Assembly: GCA_963712695.1 (NCBI GenBank) | Contig: CAVQJD010000025.1 | Span: 5,289 to 69,288 of the forward strand | Length of the DNA stretch: 64,000 nucleotides | Direction of reading: 5' to 3' | From: an uncultured Gammaproteobacteria bacterium | GTDB taxonomy: Bacteria > Pseudomonadota > Gammaproteobacteria > UBA9214 | Shown here: one piece after another, positions 43,160 to 60,277 of the stretch | Position numbering within the stretch: the stretch's first letter is position 1 | Layout: each line of letters opens with the position of its first letter | Program-made: the position numbers and the translations under genes | Notes under the pieces: generated by a model | Database searches by the model: none | Seen by the model: the letters and a program-made list of their open reading frames with translations, nothing else | Told to the model about the DNA's origin: nothing

Positions 43160-44445
43160 TCAGGTTCTGATATGACCATTGCCGATGACGATGTATTTCA
43201 GTGTAGTCAGCCCTTCCAGGCCGACCGGACCGCGCGCGTGCAGCTTGTCCGTACTGATGCCGATTTCGGCACCCAGCCCGTACTCGAACCCGTCTGCGAA
43301 ACGGCTCGAGGCATTCACCATGACCGAGCTTGAATCCACCTCGCGCAGGAAACGCTGTGCATGTGCCAGCGATTCGGTGACGATCACATCCGTGTGGCCG
43401 GAGCCATGCGTAGCGATGTGCTCGATGGCCGCCTCGATGTCGTCGACCACGCGGATCGCCAGGATCGGCGCGAGGTATTCCTCATCCCAGTCAGCCGCGG
43501 TGGCCGGCATGGATGTCCGGCAGGATGGAGCGGGTACGTTCACAACCACGCAGCTCAACACCGGCCTGCGCGTATCGTTCGGCCAGCGGTGGCAGCACGC
43601 GTGCCGCTATATTCTCCGCTACCAGCAGGGTCTCCATGGTGTTGCAGGTGCCGTAGCGCTGGGTCTTGGCGTTGTAGGCAACGCGATCGCCTTGTCGATG
43701 TCCGCGCTGTCGTCGATGTAGATATGACAGACGCCGTGCAGATGCTTGATCACGGGCACCTGGCGACTCGGCGCTGATACGCTCGATCAGCCCCTTGCCG
43801 CCGCGCGGCACGATCACGTCGACGTACTGCCTGCATGCGAATCAGTTCACCGACGGCAGCACGGTCGGTGGTCTCCACCACCTGCACCGCATCGGCCGGC
43901 AGACCGGCAGCCGCCAGTCCTGCATGGATGCACCGGGCGATCGCCTGGTTGGAATGCAGCGCCTCCGAGCCACCGCGCAGGATCGCGGCGTTGCCGGACT
44001 TCAGACACAGACCGGCGGCATCCGCAGTCACGTTCGGGCGCGACTCGTAGATGATGCCGATGACACCGAGCGGCACTCGCATGCGCCCGACCTGGATGCC
44101 GGATGGACGAAACTTCATATCGCTGATGCTGCCGACGGGATCCGGCAGCGGTGCAATCTCGCGCAGCCCCTCCGCCATCGCAGCGATGCGGTCATCGGTC
44201 AGTTCCAGGCGGTCCAGCAGCGCCGCATCCAGGCCATGCTGGCGACCGGCATCGAGGTCCCGGGCATTTTCCGCCTTCAGGGTGGTGGCCGCGGCTTCGA
44301 TGGCTGCGGCAATGGCGACCAGCGCGGCATCCTTCTTGCCGGTATCGGCCTGGCTCATTACCCGCGCGGCGGCGCGCGCACGGCGCCCGACCGTCTGCAT
44401 GTATCCGGCTACGTCGAACTGCATGGTTTCCGCCTTTACACTCAT
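43160..44445 (-). pseudogene. proA: Gamma-glutamyl phosphate reductase, frame broken by about 4 single-base indels (probably a sequencing artefact)
   Basis: [52 protein letters not shown] and [19 protein letters not shown] lie in different frames. Shifts near 43831, 43762, 43682 and 43511. Confidence 0.85.
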
Positions 44446-44455
44446 CAGCAAATCT

Positions 44456-45499
44456 TCAGCACACCTGCTCCAGCTGGCGCGGACCGGCCAATGCCAGCTG
44501 ACCCGCCAGTTGCAGGGTCAATTGTAACAGCTCGTCCCAGGCGTTGCCCGTCGCCCGCCCCTTGCAGACGCGGTCAATGACCGCACAGTGCCGGATCAGA
44601 CGGGTACAGTCGGCAGCCGGCAGCCGCTGCAAGGCGGCCCCGACCACGTCGCGGCGGTTGGGCCAGACATGGTAACGCGCCAGTACACCGGTAACGGTCT
44701 GTCCCTTCTCCCGTTCCGCCGCCATGGCCACCAGCTGGCGCAGTTCGCGGGCCAGCGCCCACAGCACCACCGGCGGCGCCACACCTTCCGCCTGCAGGCC
44801 ATTCAGGATACGCACACTGCGTGCCGCCTTGCCGGCCAGGGCGGCATCTACCAGGGTATACACATCGAAACGGGCATGATCCGCCACCAGGCTGGCAATA
44901 GCATCGGCATCCACGGGCCCGGCACCCTGCAGCAGATACAGCTTGTCGATCTCCTGCACGCTGGCCAGCAGGTTACCCTCCACCCGTTCTGCCAGCATAC
45001 GTAGCGCTTCCGTGCCCGGCTGCAGGCCTCGCCTGCTCATGCGCACCTGCAGCCAGCCGAGGAATTCCGCCTCATTCAGTGGCCACACGAATATCACCAC
45101 CCCGGCCTGATCCAGCATCTGTACCCATTTGCTCTTGCGCGCGGCCGGGTCGAGCTTGCCGGCCGTGACCAGCAGCAGGGTGTCTTCCGGCGGCCGTGCG
45201 AGAAATTCGCGCAGCGCCCTGGCGCCGGCATCGCCCGGCTTGCCCGTAGGTATACGCAGTTCGATGATGCGGCGCTGCGCGAACAGCGACAGGTTACCCG
45301 CCCCGGCCAGCAGGCTGTTCCAGTCGAACCCGGCCTGCACGGTCAGTACATCGCGTTCGTCGTAGCCCCGGGTGCGCGCCGCGGCACGCACGGCATCGGC
45401 CGCCTCCAGCACCCGCAACGGCTCGTCGCCGCTGATGAAATACGCCGGTGCGAGCTGTTTCTTAAGATGTGCTTCGAGTTGTTCTGGCTTGATTTGCAT
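44456..45499 (-). CDS. holA: DNA polymerase III delta subunit
   Basis: [36 protein letters not shown]. leuS-lptE-holA order. Confidence 0.93.
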   Translation of the reverse strand: MQIKPEQLEAHLKKQLAPAYFISGDEPLRVLEAADAVRAAARTRGYDERDVLTVQAGFDWNSLLAGAGNLSLFAQRRIIELRIPTGKPGDAGARALREFLARPPEDTLLLVTAGKLDPAARKSKWVQMLDQAGVVIFVWPLNEAEFLGWLQVRMSRRGLQPGTEALRMLAERVEGNLLASVQEIDKLYLLQGAGPVDADAIASLVADHARFDVYTLVDAALAGKAARSVRILNGLQAEGVAPPVVLWALARELRQLVAMAAEREKGQTVTGVLARYHVWPNRRDVVGAALQRLPAADCTRLIRHCAVIDRVCKGRATGNAWDELLQLTLQLAGQLALAGPRQLEQVC

Positions 45500-45664
45500 G
45501 TCTTTTCAGGCGTCGCCAGTATGGCATGGTTGCTGCGATATTACGCCAGGATAGCAGCATGAGGATATTCCGCCCCGCCGTGAAGCAGGACGCAGCATGA
45601 CAGGTCGTTGCCACGGGGTATGCGGCCGCAAGCTGCCACTATCATACCCCCTGTCCGGCATCGT

Positions 45665-46150
45665 TTACCTGGCTGCCGCAGCAATGCGCAGCATGGCCAT
45701 GTTGACGAGATTTTCCTGCAACGTGGCACGCACTACCTGTTCCTCACGCTGCTTGCCGAGCACGTCGGTACTGCTGAAGATGTAGTCACGTTTGAGCATG
45801 ACGGTTTGTTCGCTGACCACCGGCCGGCCATCAACGGTCGCCACTGCAAAGCGGATACTTTGGTGAATTTCGTATTCCAGCACGTTTCCGTTGATGTCCA
45901 CCGACAATACCTGCTTGTCTGTCGTGTTCTGCGTGATGTGCAGGATAGCCGTTGCACGCTCTTCCCGGTCGGTTACGGTGACACCGCGCAGGCTCAGGGC
46001 CGCGCTGAAATCATCGGCCAGCGTACCGAACGGCCGGAGACCCTTGATGTAGGTCACCGACATCGGGGCCGGCAGGTCCGCACTGCCACGCAAGTGAAAA
46101 CCGCAACCGGCCAGCAATACCGCAGCAAGCAGCAGCACGGGCAGTCGCAT
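45665..46150 (-). CDS. lptE: LPS assembly lipoprotein LptE
   Basis: Lipobox LAGC followed by GFHLRG. Between leuS and holA. Confidence 0.9.
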   Translation of the reverse strand: MRLPVLLLAAVLLAGCGFHLRGSADLPAPMSVTYIKGLRPFGTLADDFSAALSLRGVTVTDREERATAILHITQNTTDKQVLSVDINGNVLEYEIHQSIRFAVATVDGRPVVSEQTVMLKRDYIFSSTDVLGKQREEQVVRATLQENLVNMAMLRIAAAAR

Positions 46151-46210
46151 AAAACCTGAATGATTTCTCAAGGGATGATATCCGTTATTGATCAAATTCC
46201 GGGAGTACTG

Positions 46211-46479
46211 TTTTTCCGTATTCTTCCGTGGATTCCGTGGCTGATCAAATTAGTGAAAAATAGCCACCGAACCACACAGAAATACACGGAAGAACACGGA
46301 AAGGCAAATTGCAGTATGGCTTTCAGTTATTTCACTGCCTCGTTGTTATTCATGCCATCCCGCCCTGAATGTTCAATTAAGTCCGTAAAACCATAATCAG
46401 TCATGGAACCCGGTGGTGCAAACAGAAATCATCACGTCTTATTTCTTTCCGTGTCATTCCGTGTGCTTGCGTGGCCATT
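46211..46479. repeat. Three TTCCGTG-core repeats: + 46211-46242, - 46259-46302, + 46446-46479
   Basis: TTTTTCCGTATTCTTCCGTGGATTCCGTGGCT; AATAGCCACCGAACCACACAGAAATACACGGAAGAACACGGAAA; TTTCCGTGTCATTCCGTGTGCTTGCGTGGCCATT. Confidence 0.85.
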
Positions 46480-46500
46480 CATAGAACAAGGCAGGCCGCA

Positions 46501-49626
<3,126 letters not shown>

Positions 49627-49698
49627 CCGGATGCGCCTGCGTAGCGCACAGGCCTTGCGGCGCGCACTGTGGCTGGTCTGCCTGACTGAGTCGCCCGG

Positions 49699-51213
49699 TT
49701 ATTGACCCCGCCCCCCTTTGCTGACGACCTGCCCGGCGACGCGCACGGCCAGCAGAGACAGTATGGCAAGCACCAGCAGCGGCCAGTTGCCAAAGCGCAC
49801 GAACGGCGTCGAACCCTGCATCGGTGTCACACTGCCACTCACCACGGCCTGGCTGAACTGCGCACTGCGTGCCGCGATCACTCCGTGATGGTCGATGATG
49901 GCGGAGATACCGGTATTGGTCGCGCGTAATAACGGCCGACCGGTTTCCAGCGCGCGTACGCGGGCGATTTCCAGGTGCTGGTGCGGGGCCAGCGAGTCGC
50001 CGAACCAGCCATCATTACTCACATTCACCAGCAATGCTGCCTCGGGGACAGTCGCGGCAATCAGCCTGCCGAACGCCACTTCGAAACAGATCGAACTCCC
50101 GACCGGGTAACCCGCCGCCCGTAACAGCGGCTGTCCGGGCGTGCCGGGCGTGAAGTCTGCATTCGGCACCGCCAGCGCATCGAGCGTATCGCCAATCAGC
50201 CAGCGCAGCGGCAGGTATTCACCGAATGCGACCAGGTGCTGCTTGTAATACAGGGTCTGCTCGCCACCCAGCGCGAGAATCGCGTTGTAGTACGCCCAGC
50301 TGTCCCGGTCCAGCACCGGAATACCGGTCAGCAGCGACGACTGCCGCTGCGCAAGCCGGGCCTCGATGTCCGGCAGGTAGCCTGCGTCGACCTCGTGGTA
50401 GAACGCCGGAATCGCGGTTTCCGGCCACACCACCAGGTCGGCGGGCTGCGCTGTAAAAGTCAGCTCGGCATACAGGCCCAGCGTGCCCTGCAGGTTTTCC
50501 GGCAACCATTTCTGTTCCTGCGCAACATTGCCCTGTATCAGGTGCACCGTGATGGCATCACCGCGCGGCTGCACCCATTCGACACGCTCGAGCAGCCAGC
50601 CGCCGGCCCACATGGCGATCAGCAGCAGCAGGGAGGCGATACGGTGCTGCGCGTGCAGCAGCGCCAGCAGCAGACCGGCCGACAGCGCCACCAGCCAGCC
50701 GCTGCCGTACTCCCCGATCAGCGGCAGGTAACCGGCCAGTGGCCCGTCGATCTGGCTGGCGCCGATATTCAGCCACGGGAAACCGGTAAACAGCCAGCCA
50801 CGCAGCCATTCGGCAACCAGCCAGCCTGCGGGCATGGCCGCGGTCAGCACGCCCCAGCCCTGCCCCGGCAGGTAGCGCCGCAGCAGGTAACCGAGCAGCG
50901 CCGGATAGACAGACAGCACCAGGATCAACAGCGCCGCCACCAGTACGGACACGGGTGCCGCGACATGACCATAGGTATGTACGCTGACGTACACCCATGA
51001 GACGCCGACACCGAAGTAGCCGAGGCCAAACAGCCCGCCATGCAGGAAAGCCCGGCGCGGCGTATCGGCACGCCAGCCCTGGAACAGCACGGCCAGCGCC
51101 GCAACAGCGAGCGGGTACCAGCCAACCGGGGCAAACGCCAGCACGCCTGCGGCGCCACTGGCGAGCACCGGCAGGGCCTTGCGGATGGTGGAGAAAGAAA
51201 CGCCTGCTGTCAC
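49699..51213 (-). CDS. lnt: Apolipoprotein N-acyltransferase
   Basis: GVSWVYVS, EWLRGWLFTGFPW, QGNV, WPETA, YKQHLVAFGEY, ICFE, NDGWFG, RATNTGISA. Confidence 0.95.
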   Translation of the reverse strand: MTAGVSFSTIRKALPVLASGAAGVLAFAPVGWYPLAVAALAVLFQGWRADTPRRAFLHGGLFGLGYFGVGVSWVYVSVHTYGHVAAPVSVLVAALLILVLSVYPALLGYLLRRYLPGQGWGVLTAAMPAGWLVAEWLRGWLFTGFPWLNIGASQIDGPLAGYLPLIGEYGSGWLVALSAGLLLALLHAQHRIASLLLLIAMWAGGWLLERVEWVQPRGDAITVHLIQGNVAQEQKWLPENLQGTLGLYAELTFTAQPADLVVWPETAIPAFYHEVDAGYLPDIEARLAQRQSSLLTGIPVLDRDSWAYYNAILALGGEQTLYYKQHLVAFGEYLPLRWLIGDTLDALAVPNADFTPGTPGQPLLRAAGYPVGSSICFEVAFGRLIAATVPEAALLVNVSNDGWFGDSLAPHQHLEIARVRALETGRPLLRATNTGISAIIDHHGVIAARSAQFSQAVVSGSVTPMQGSTPFVRFGNWPLLVLAILSLLAVRVAGQVVSKGGRGQ

Positions 51214-51376
51214 GTTTGCCCGGAATGCCAGATGGTTGTGGATGCTCGTCAGCTCAAGGCGCGCATGCGCGGATGATTGCAGATTATATGTCCGGACCGA
51301 ATCCGCCGGGGGGTCTAGCCGCAGGTGTCAGCCGTGTATATGGCAAGGCAGTGTTCGATCGCGTGGTACGTGGACG

Positions 51377-52261
51377 TCACAGCTGGCCGCCCTGTGCGTC
51401 CTGCGTGTTCTCGACCGGCCGGGGCAGCACGGTCAGCTGCAGCATGTGCACGCGCCGGTTGTCGGCGCGCAGCACCTTGAACAGCAGGTGCCCGATCACC
51501 GTGCGCTCGCCACGCTTGGGCAGGTGCCCGATCTGATGCACTACCAGCCCGCCGATGGTATCAAACTCCTCATCCGGGAAATGCGTGCCGAAAAACTCGT
51601 TGAAGTCCTCAATCGGCGTTAACGCCTTGATGGTGTAGTGCACCTCGCTGTGCCGACGGATGGTGTAGTCTTCCTCGACATCATGCTCGTCCTCGATCTC
51701 GCCGACGATCTGTTCGAGCACGTCCTCGATGGTGACCATGCCGGCGACGCCACCGTACTCATCGACCACAACTGCCATATGGTTGCGACTGGAACGAAAC
51801 TCTTTCAGCAATACATTGAGACGTTTGCTTTCCGGCACGAAAACGGCCGGCCGCAGGATGTCGCGCATGTTGAGGCGCTCCTCGCCTCCCCCACCGGCGT
51901 ACGGCAGCATATCCTTGGCCAGCAGTACGCCAACCACCTCGTCACGGCTGTCGCCGATGACCGGGAATCGCGAATGACCTGATTCGGCGATGGTAGTCAC
52001 CAGAACATCCTGGCTGGCGTCACGCTCCAGGAACACCACCTGTGAACGCGGGATCATGATGTCGCGCACCTGCATCTCGCCCACCTGCAGTACGCCCTCC
52101 AGCATGGCCAGCGCATCCATGTCGATCAGGTTACGGCGTTGCGCGGCGCGCAGCATGTCTACCAGCTGTTCTATGTTGGCAGGTTCCCATAGCAGCCGCT
52201 GTTTCAGCCGGGCCATCCAGGCCTGCCGCTCGGGACCGTTGGAAGGTCGATCTTTATTCAT
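51377..52261 (-). CDS. corC: Mg/Co transport-associated CBS protein CorC (YbeX)
   Basis: VRDIMIPRSQ, SGHSRFPV, FVPESKRL, VDEYGG, EQIVGEIEDE, EFDTIGG. Confidence 0.93.
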   Translation of the reverse strand: MNKDRPSNGPERQAWMARLKQRLLWEPANIEQLVDMLRAAQRRNLIDMDALAMLEGVLQVGEMQVRDIMIPRSQVVFLERDASQDVLVTTIAESGHSRFPVIGDSRDEVVGVLLAKDMLPYAGGGGEERLNMRDILRPAVFVPESKRLNVLLKEFRSSRNHMAVVVDEYGGVAGMVTIEDVLEQIVGEIEDEHDVEEDYTIRRHSEVHYTIKALTPIEDFNEFFGTHFPDEEFDTIGGLVVHQIGHLPKRGERTVIGHLLFKVLRADNRRVHMLQLTVLPRPVENTQDAQGGQL

Positions 52262-52403
52262 TTAATTTAGTTACTTGGAGGATTTTCTTGAACGGCTGTT
52301 TAGCTCTATCGTGGCCACCAGGGTGATGAGCAGCGCCACTATATCGGTATTGCCCCGGCCAATGCCAGCATCTGTGTAAAAAATTAGCGCTACGACCAGG
52401 ACC

Positions 52404-52862
52404 TTACCACGGGTTCGGGTAACCCAGTCCGGTCAGCAAGTCACTTTCACGGCGCTCCATACGTGCCGCATCGGCGGCATCATGGTGATCGAAACCGAGC
52501 AGGTGCAGAACACCGTGAATCACCAGATGTGCCCAGTGTGCAGTCAGCGGCTTGCCCTGGGTCGCAGCCTCGGCGGTGACCACCGGCGCGCAGATCACCA
52601 CGTCGCCCAGCAGGTCATTCGCTACACCGGCAAAACCCTCGCAGGGAAATGACAGCACATTGGTGGGACCGTCCTTGCCACGGTACTGACGGTTCAGTGC
52701 CGTGATTTCAGCCTCATCGACAATGCGCACCACCAGCTCCGCAGGCCGGTCATAGGTCTGCAGGGCCAGTTCCGCCCAGCGCCGGATCTCGGCCGCTGAC
52801 GGCATACCGGCCGCATCGACAGCATACTGCACGGCGATATCATGTGCCTTTACCTCGGACAT
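52404..52862 (-). CDS. ybeY: rRNA maturation endoribonuclease YbeY
   Basis: LNRQYRGKDGPTNVLSF, HLVIHGVLHLLGFDH. Confidence 0.95.
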   Translation of the reverse strand: MSEVKAHDIAVQYAVDAAGMPSAAEIRRWAELALQTYDRPAELVVRIVDEAEITALNRQYRGKDGPTNVLSFPCEGFAGVANDLLGDVVICAPVVTAEAATQGKPLTAHWAHLVIHGVLHLLGFDHHDAADAARMERRESDLLTGLGYPNPW

Positions 52863-52868
52863 AGGTTT

Positions 52869-53849
52869 TCAGGTCCTCCCGGCCAGCTGCTCGTAATCCT
52901 CATACGCGGAGATGACGCGCTGCACCAGCGGATGGCGTACCACGTCCCGCGAGGAAAAGAAACTGAAGCTGATGCCCTTGCAGTCCTTGAGTACATCGAT
53001 CACCTGACGCAGCCCGGACTCGGTGTGCTTGGGCAGGTCCACCTGGGTGATGTCGCCGGTGACCACCGCAGTGGATCCGAAGCCGATACGCGTAAGGAAC
53101 ATTTTCATCTGCTCCACTGTGGTGTTCTGCCCCTCGTCGAGGATGATGAAGGCATCGTTAAGGCTGCGCCCGCGCATGAAGGCCAGTGGAGCCACTTCAA
53201 TGATATTGCGCTCGATCAGTTTCGCGACCTTGTCGATACCGAGCATTTCATACAGCGCATCGTACAACGGTCGCAGATAGGGATCGACCTTTTGTGCCAT
53301 GTCTCCCGGCAGGAAGCCGAGCCGCTCACCGGCCTCCACCGCCGGGCGCACCAGCACCAGACGACTGACCTTCTCCTGTTCCAGCGCCTGCACCGCACAG
53401 GCCACCGCCAGGTAGGTCTTGCCGGTACCGGCCGGCCCGATACCGAAGTTGAGATCGTTATCGAGGATACTGCGCAGGTAGTGTTTCTGGTTACTGCCAC
53501 GCGGCGTGATCACCCCGCCGGGCGTCTTGATCGCAATCGTGCCGGTATCCCTGCCACTGGCGGCATCGGAGACGCTTTCAGTGCTTTCCTGCAGGTAGAG
53601 ATGAATCTTGCCGGGCGTCAGCGCCGTACTCGCGGTTTCTTCATACAGGTTCGCCAGGATCTCGCCCGCCCGTTGTACGGCCGCGCTATCGCCGATGATC
53701 CGGAAGCGGTTGCCGCGGTTATTAATCTCCACCCCGAGACGCTGTTCGAGCTGCCGCAGGTGGTTGTCGAACTGACCGCATAACGCAGCCAGGCGGTCGT
53801 TATCGACGGGTTCCAGGGTGATATCGGTGGAATGGATGTCGGCGTTCAA
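52869..53849 (-). CDS. ybeZ: PhoH-like ATPase (YbeZ)
   Basis: [55 protein letters not shown]. Confidence 0.92.
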   Translation of the reverse strand: MNADIHSTDITLEPVDNDRLAALCGQFDNHLRQLEQRLGVEINNRGNRFRIIGDSAAVQRAGEILANLYEETASTALTPGKIHLYLQESTESVSDAASGRDTGTIAIKTPGGVITPRGSNQKHYLRSILDNDLNFGIGPAGTGKTYLAVACAVQALEQEKVSRLVLVRPAVEAGERLGFLPGDMAQKVDPYLRPLYDALYEMLGIDKVAKLIERNIIEVAPLAFMRGRSLNDAFIILDEGQNTTVEQMKMFLTRIGFGSTAVVTGDITQVDLPKHTESGLRQVIDVLKDCKGISFSFFSSRDVVRHPLVQRVISAYEDYEQLAGRT

Positions 53850-55214
53850 GAGACCCTCAGGTTTGATACGGAATTCTCCATACCATCGGCGAGCCCGATG
53901 AATTCTCCACGCAGCGAATTCGGCAAGGCCTCCGTGATGCGGATATTGACGAAGCAGCCGATGCTGTCAGCCGGTGCTGTAAAGTTGACCACGCGATTAT
54001 TTTCGGTACGCCCGCTGAGCTGGTGCTGGTCCTTGCGTGACGGTTTCTCCACCAGTACGCACTGCACCGTGCCGACCATGCCCGCGCTGATCCTTGCTGC
54101 CATCTCACCGATGCGCTGCTGCAGGCGCGCGAGCCGCTGTTTCTTGATGGCCACGGGCACATCATCGGGCAGCCCGGCTGCCGGCGTACCCGGGCGCCGG
54201 CTGTAGATGAAACTGTAGGAATGATCGAAACCGACCGCCTCGATCAATTCCATGGTCTGCTCGAAGTCCGCTTCGGTCTCGCCCGGAAAGCCAACGATAA
54301 AGTCTGACGAGATACTGATGCCCGGACGTGCCGCGCGCAGGCGCCGGACGACAGAGCGGTATTGCAGCGCGGTGTGGTTGCGTTTCATCTGCATCAGCAC
54401 ACGATCCGAACCGGACTGTACCGGCAAATGCAGGTGCCCGACCAGTTGCGGTACTTCGCTGTACACACCAATCAGGCGTTCGCTCATTTCCAGCGGATGC
54501 GACGTGGTATAACGGATGCGCTCGATACCCTCGATTGCAGCAACCAGGTGATCAGCAACGCCAGGTCGGCGATCTCGCCATCGTGCATCAGCCACGATAG
54601 GCGTTCACATTCTGCCCCAGCAGGGTCACCTCGCGAACGCCCTGCGTTGCCAGGCTTGCCACCTCGGCAATCAGGTCATCGAACGGGCGACTGACCTCCT
54701 CGCCACGGGTATAGGGTACGACACAGAAACTGCAATACTTGCTGCAGCCCTCCATGATGGAGACGAACGCGGTCGGCCCCTCGGCGCGGGGCGCCGGCAG
54801 GCAGTCGAATTTCTCCATCTCGGGGAAACTGATATCGATGACCGGCCGGCGCAGCACGGCGCGCGGTATCCAGCATCTCTGGCAGGCGGTGCAGGGTTTG
54901 TGGACCGAACACGATATCGACAAACGGCGCCCGCGCGCGGATTGCCTCACCCTCCTGGCTTGCCACACAACCGCCGACGCCAATGACCAGCTGTGGATGT
55001 GCATCCTTGAATTCCTTCCAGCGCCCCAGCTCTGAAAACACCTTTCCTGGGCCTTCTCGCGAATCGAGCAGGTATTCATCAACAGGACATCCGCCTGCTG
55101 CGGATCATCCGTGATTTCCAGGCGATGCGAGGCCAGCAGCACGTCCGCGATTTTCGTGGAATCGTACTCGTTCATCTGACAGCCGTGCGTCTTGATATAG
55201 AGCTTTCCTGACAT
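53846..55214 (-). pseudogene. miaB: tRNA-2-methylthio-N6-dimethylallyladenosine synthase, frame broken by about 4 single-base indels (probably an artefact)
   Basis: [58 protein letters not shown] and a TRAM domain are split across frames. Shifts near 55044, 54855, 54591 and 54550. Confidence 0.85.
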
Positions 55215-55683
55215 ACTGGTTTAGATAAAACAGACAACTACTTGTAAGTACTGCCTAATTTCACACATTCTCTGGTTATAGCCGACGCCATGATCGTTAA
55301 AATAACCGCAATGCCGCGATGAAAGCAAAGAAATCCGCTAACCGCCCACTGCTCTCCGGCAGCCCGACCCGCCTCCGGCCGGATACCGATCAGACGGGGT
55401 ACTATGACCCTGCCGGCACCACGGCACCCGGCCAACCCCGCTGCGTCCAGGGCCGGATAACGCGGCAGCCAGGCAGTAACAGCACAGGCAGCCTCACCCG
55501 CATTGCGCACGAACAGTCAGGGGTCAGGGCAAAGGATCTGCGCAACAGATGCCCTGGAAGCAGGCCCGGGACAATCGCGTAAATGTTTGATTCCGGAGAA
55601 ATGGGCAAGTTATGCTCTCGCTTCCTCAGTTTCACGGCTGACATAGCGTCTCTAACCCCATGCACACTCCGGAGGATCCCGCA

Positions 55684-56049
55684 ATGCACAAGAAGCTTAT
55701 GAGTCTGCTGTTTGCGTCACTTACCACCTCAGCGCTTGTCGGCTGCAGCAAGGCAGTCACGTATGCGGATGTGGAGCCCCTGCTCACGGAGAAATGTGGA
55801 TCCTGTCATACCGGCGATCAGGAAGGGGTCGTGACCAGCGGATTTTCCGTGGCTTCCTATGAAACAGTAATGAAGGGCACGAAGCTGGGACCGGTCGTCG
55901 TCGCGGGTTCGTCCGAGTCGAGCACCCTGTACCGGATGGTGGCAGGCATGACCGACCCGAAGATTCAAATGCCGCACAGCGGGGATTCGCTCGGCGACGA
56001 TCAGATCGCCACCATCAGGACCTGGATCGATCAAGGCGCGGTGAAGTAA
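55684..56049 (+). CDS. Lipoprotein monoheme c-type cytochrome (planctomycete cytochrome c-like domain)
   Basis: GGAGGA RBS, lipobox LVGC, CGSCH, VVAGSSESSTLY...MP...IRTWIDQGA. Confidence 0.8.
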   Translation: MHKKLMSLLFASLTTSALVGCSKAVTYADVEPLLTEKCGSCHTGDQEGVVTSGFSVASYETVMKGTKLGPVVVAGSSESSTLYRMVAGMTDPKIQMPHSGDSLGDDQIATIRTWIDQGAVK

Positions 56050-56209
56050 CCGTTTCAGTCCGGAATCGTTCCTCGCGGGTGAAAGACCCCGCACCCCGCA
56101 GGGATCACCGCGTGTGGCGTGATCTGCCGGCGACTCGCCTGCTTCGAGGGCGTATTGTTCCCTTCGACCTGTGCAAGTGAGCGAGGCCTGCCGAGCGTAA
56201 CAAAAATTG

Positions 56210-56562
56210 AGTGGAGTCGGCCGATAAGCCGGGTTCTGTCGGGGACAGTCATTCATCTGGACACTGCGTCACCGCAGGTCTCAAGCAACCTACCCGGGAG
56301 CCATGCGGGCCGCACGTCTGCTCCCCTATTTGGTCTTGCTCCAGGCGGGGTTTACCCTGCCACGGCTGTTACCAGCCGCGCGGTGCGCTCTTACCGCACC
56401 ATTTCACCCTTACCCGCACGGCCTGCTTACAGGCCGTGCGGGCGGTATATTTTCTGTGGCACTTTCCATGGACTCGCGCCCTCCAGGTGTTACCTGGCAC
56501 CTTGCCCTGTGGAGCCCGGACTTTCCTCCCTGCTTGCGCAGAGCGACTGTCTGGCCGACTCC
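56210..56562 (-). ncRNA. rnpB: RNase P RNA, bacterial type A
   Basis: Minus strand reads GGAGTCGGCCAGACAGTCGC...GAGGAAAGTCCGGGCTC...GAAAGTGCCACAGAAA...GGTGCGGTAAGAGCGCACC...GGTAAACCCC...ACAGAACCCGGCTTATCGGCCGACTCC. Upstream TATACT -10 at 56571-56576. Confidence 0.97.
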
Positions 56563-56634
56563 TGGCGGGGAGTATAGGATAATTATGACCGCACAACACG
56601 CCTTGCGCAGTGCAGCTCCAGCCACATCGACGCA

Positions 56635-57126
56635 CTACCAGCGTTTGCGCGCCCCGCGGAACAGCCTGCCAAGCAGGGTATTGAGTGGATTATTACGCTG
56701 TAATCCAGGCAGCAGGCTGGTCTTTTTACGCAGTCCGAGCTCACGCGTTAAACGCAGCAGGCCACTGTGCGACGGGTTGGTCATGAGGCCGCGCCGCAAT
56801 GCCGTCCAGGCACTTTCACGCCTGCCGAGCCGGTGCTCCGCCAGGGCCAGGTTGTAAAATACCTCGGCATCGCGGGTTTCAGCCAGAGCCGCCTTGCGGC
56901 ATAGCTTGATCCCGCTGCGGTCACCCATACAGACCCGGCACAAACCGTGAAAGGAGGTGTAGCGATTCTGGTAGGCATCATCGACTTTGGCATGCGCATC
57001 GGCGGTACGAAAGTGTTCCAGCGCGCCTTCGAAATCCTGGGTGCGAAAACATTTCAGACCATCGATAAAATTGTGATGCAGCCGGACATGACCGGGCAAA
57101 GCTCCCGCTTCGTTATTCTTATTCAT
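56635..57126 (-). CDS. TPR-like hypothetical protein
   Basis: AEVFYNLALAEHRLGRRESAWTALRRGL..NPSH TPR pattern, basic C-terminus. Confidence 0.65.
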   Translation of the reverse strand: MNKNNEAGALPGHVRLHHNFIDGLKCFRTQDFEGALEHFRTADAHAKVDDAYQNRYTSFHGLCRVCMGDRSGIKLCRKAALAETRDAEVFYNLALAEHRLGRRESAWTALRRGLMTNPSHSGLLRLTRELGLRKKTSLLPGLQRNNPLNTLLGRLFRGARKRW

Positions 57127-57347
57127 ACATCCCCCGATGCATGTTCCCTGGATACGGCCCGCGCCGCCAGGCGGCAGGCATTTCCTTTTCAGCGAAGGTT
57201 ATACCCTTTGCACGAAAACACAAGCGGGGCCGGGTCGCAAGTCAAGACAACAGGCAAATGCCCGGGTCAGCATGCTGTGGCGATTGCCACGCCAACCGGT
57301 ATAATCACCACCCGGACAACGCAGCCGCGCACAGGCGTGGCTTTTTT

Positions 57348-60185
<2,838 letters not shown>

Positions 60186-60277
60186 CCTTGTATTATCGCA
60201 AGCCATGTCTCACACCGGCCGCTGTGATTGGGTTATAGTAGCCGGCAGCAATATCACCCTCCGGGACCTGGCATTCC

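Noticed and set aside
43160..44445. Programmed frameshifting in proA or miaB
   Set aside because: Four shifts of mixed sign per gene with no slippery sequences do not fit recoding.
56055..56205. Several GC-rich hairpins between the cytochrome c gene and the rnpB 3' end
   Set aside because: No recognisable family. Could be chance pairing or termination structures between convergent transcripts.
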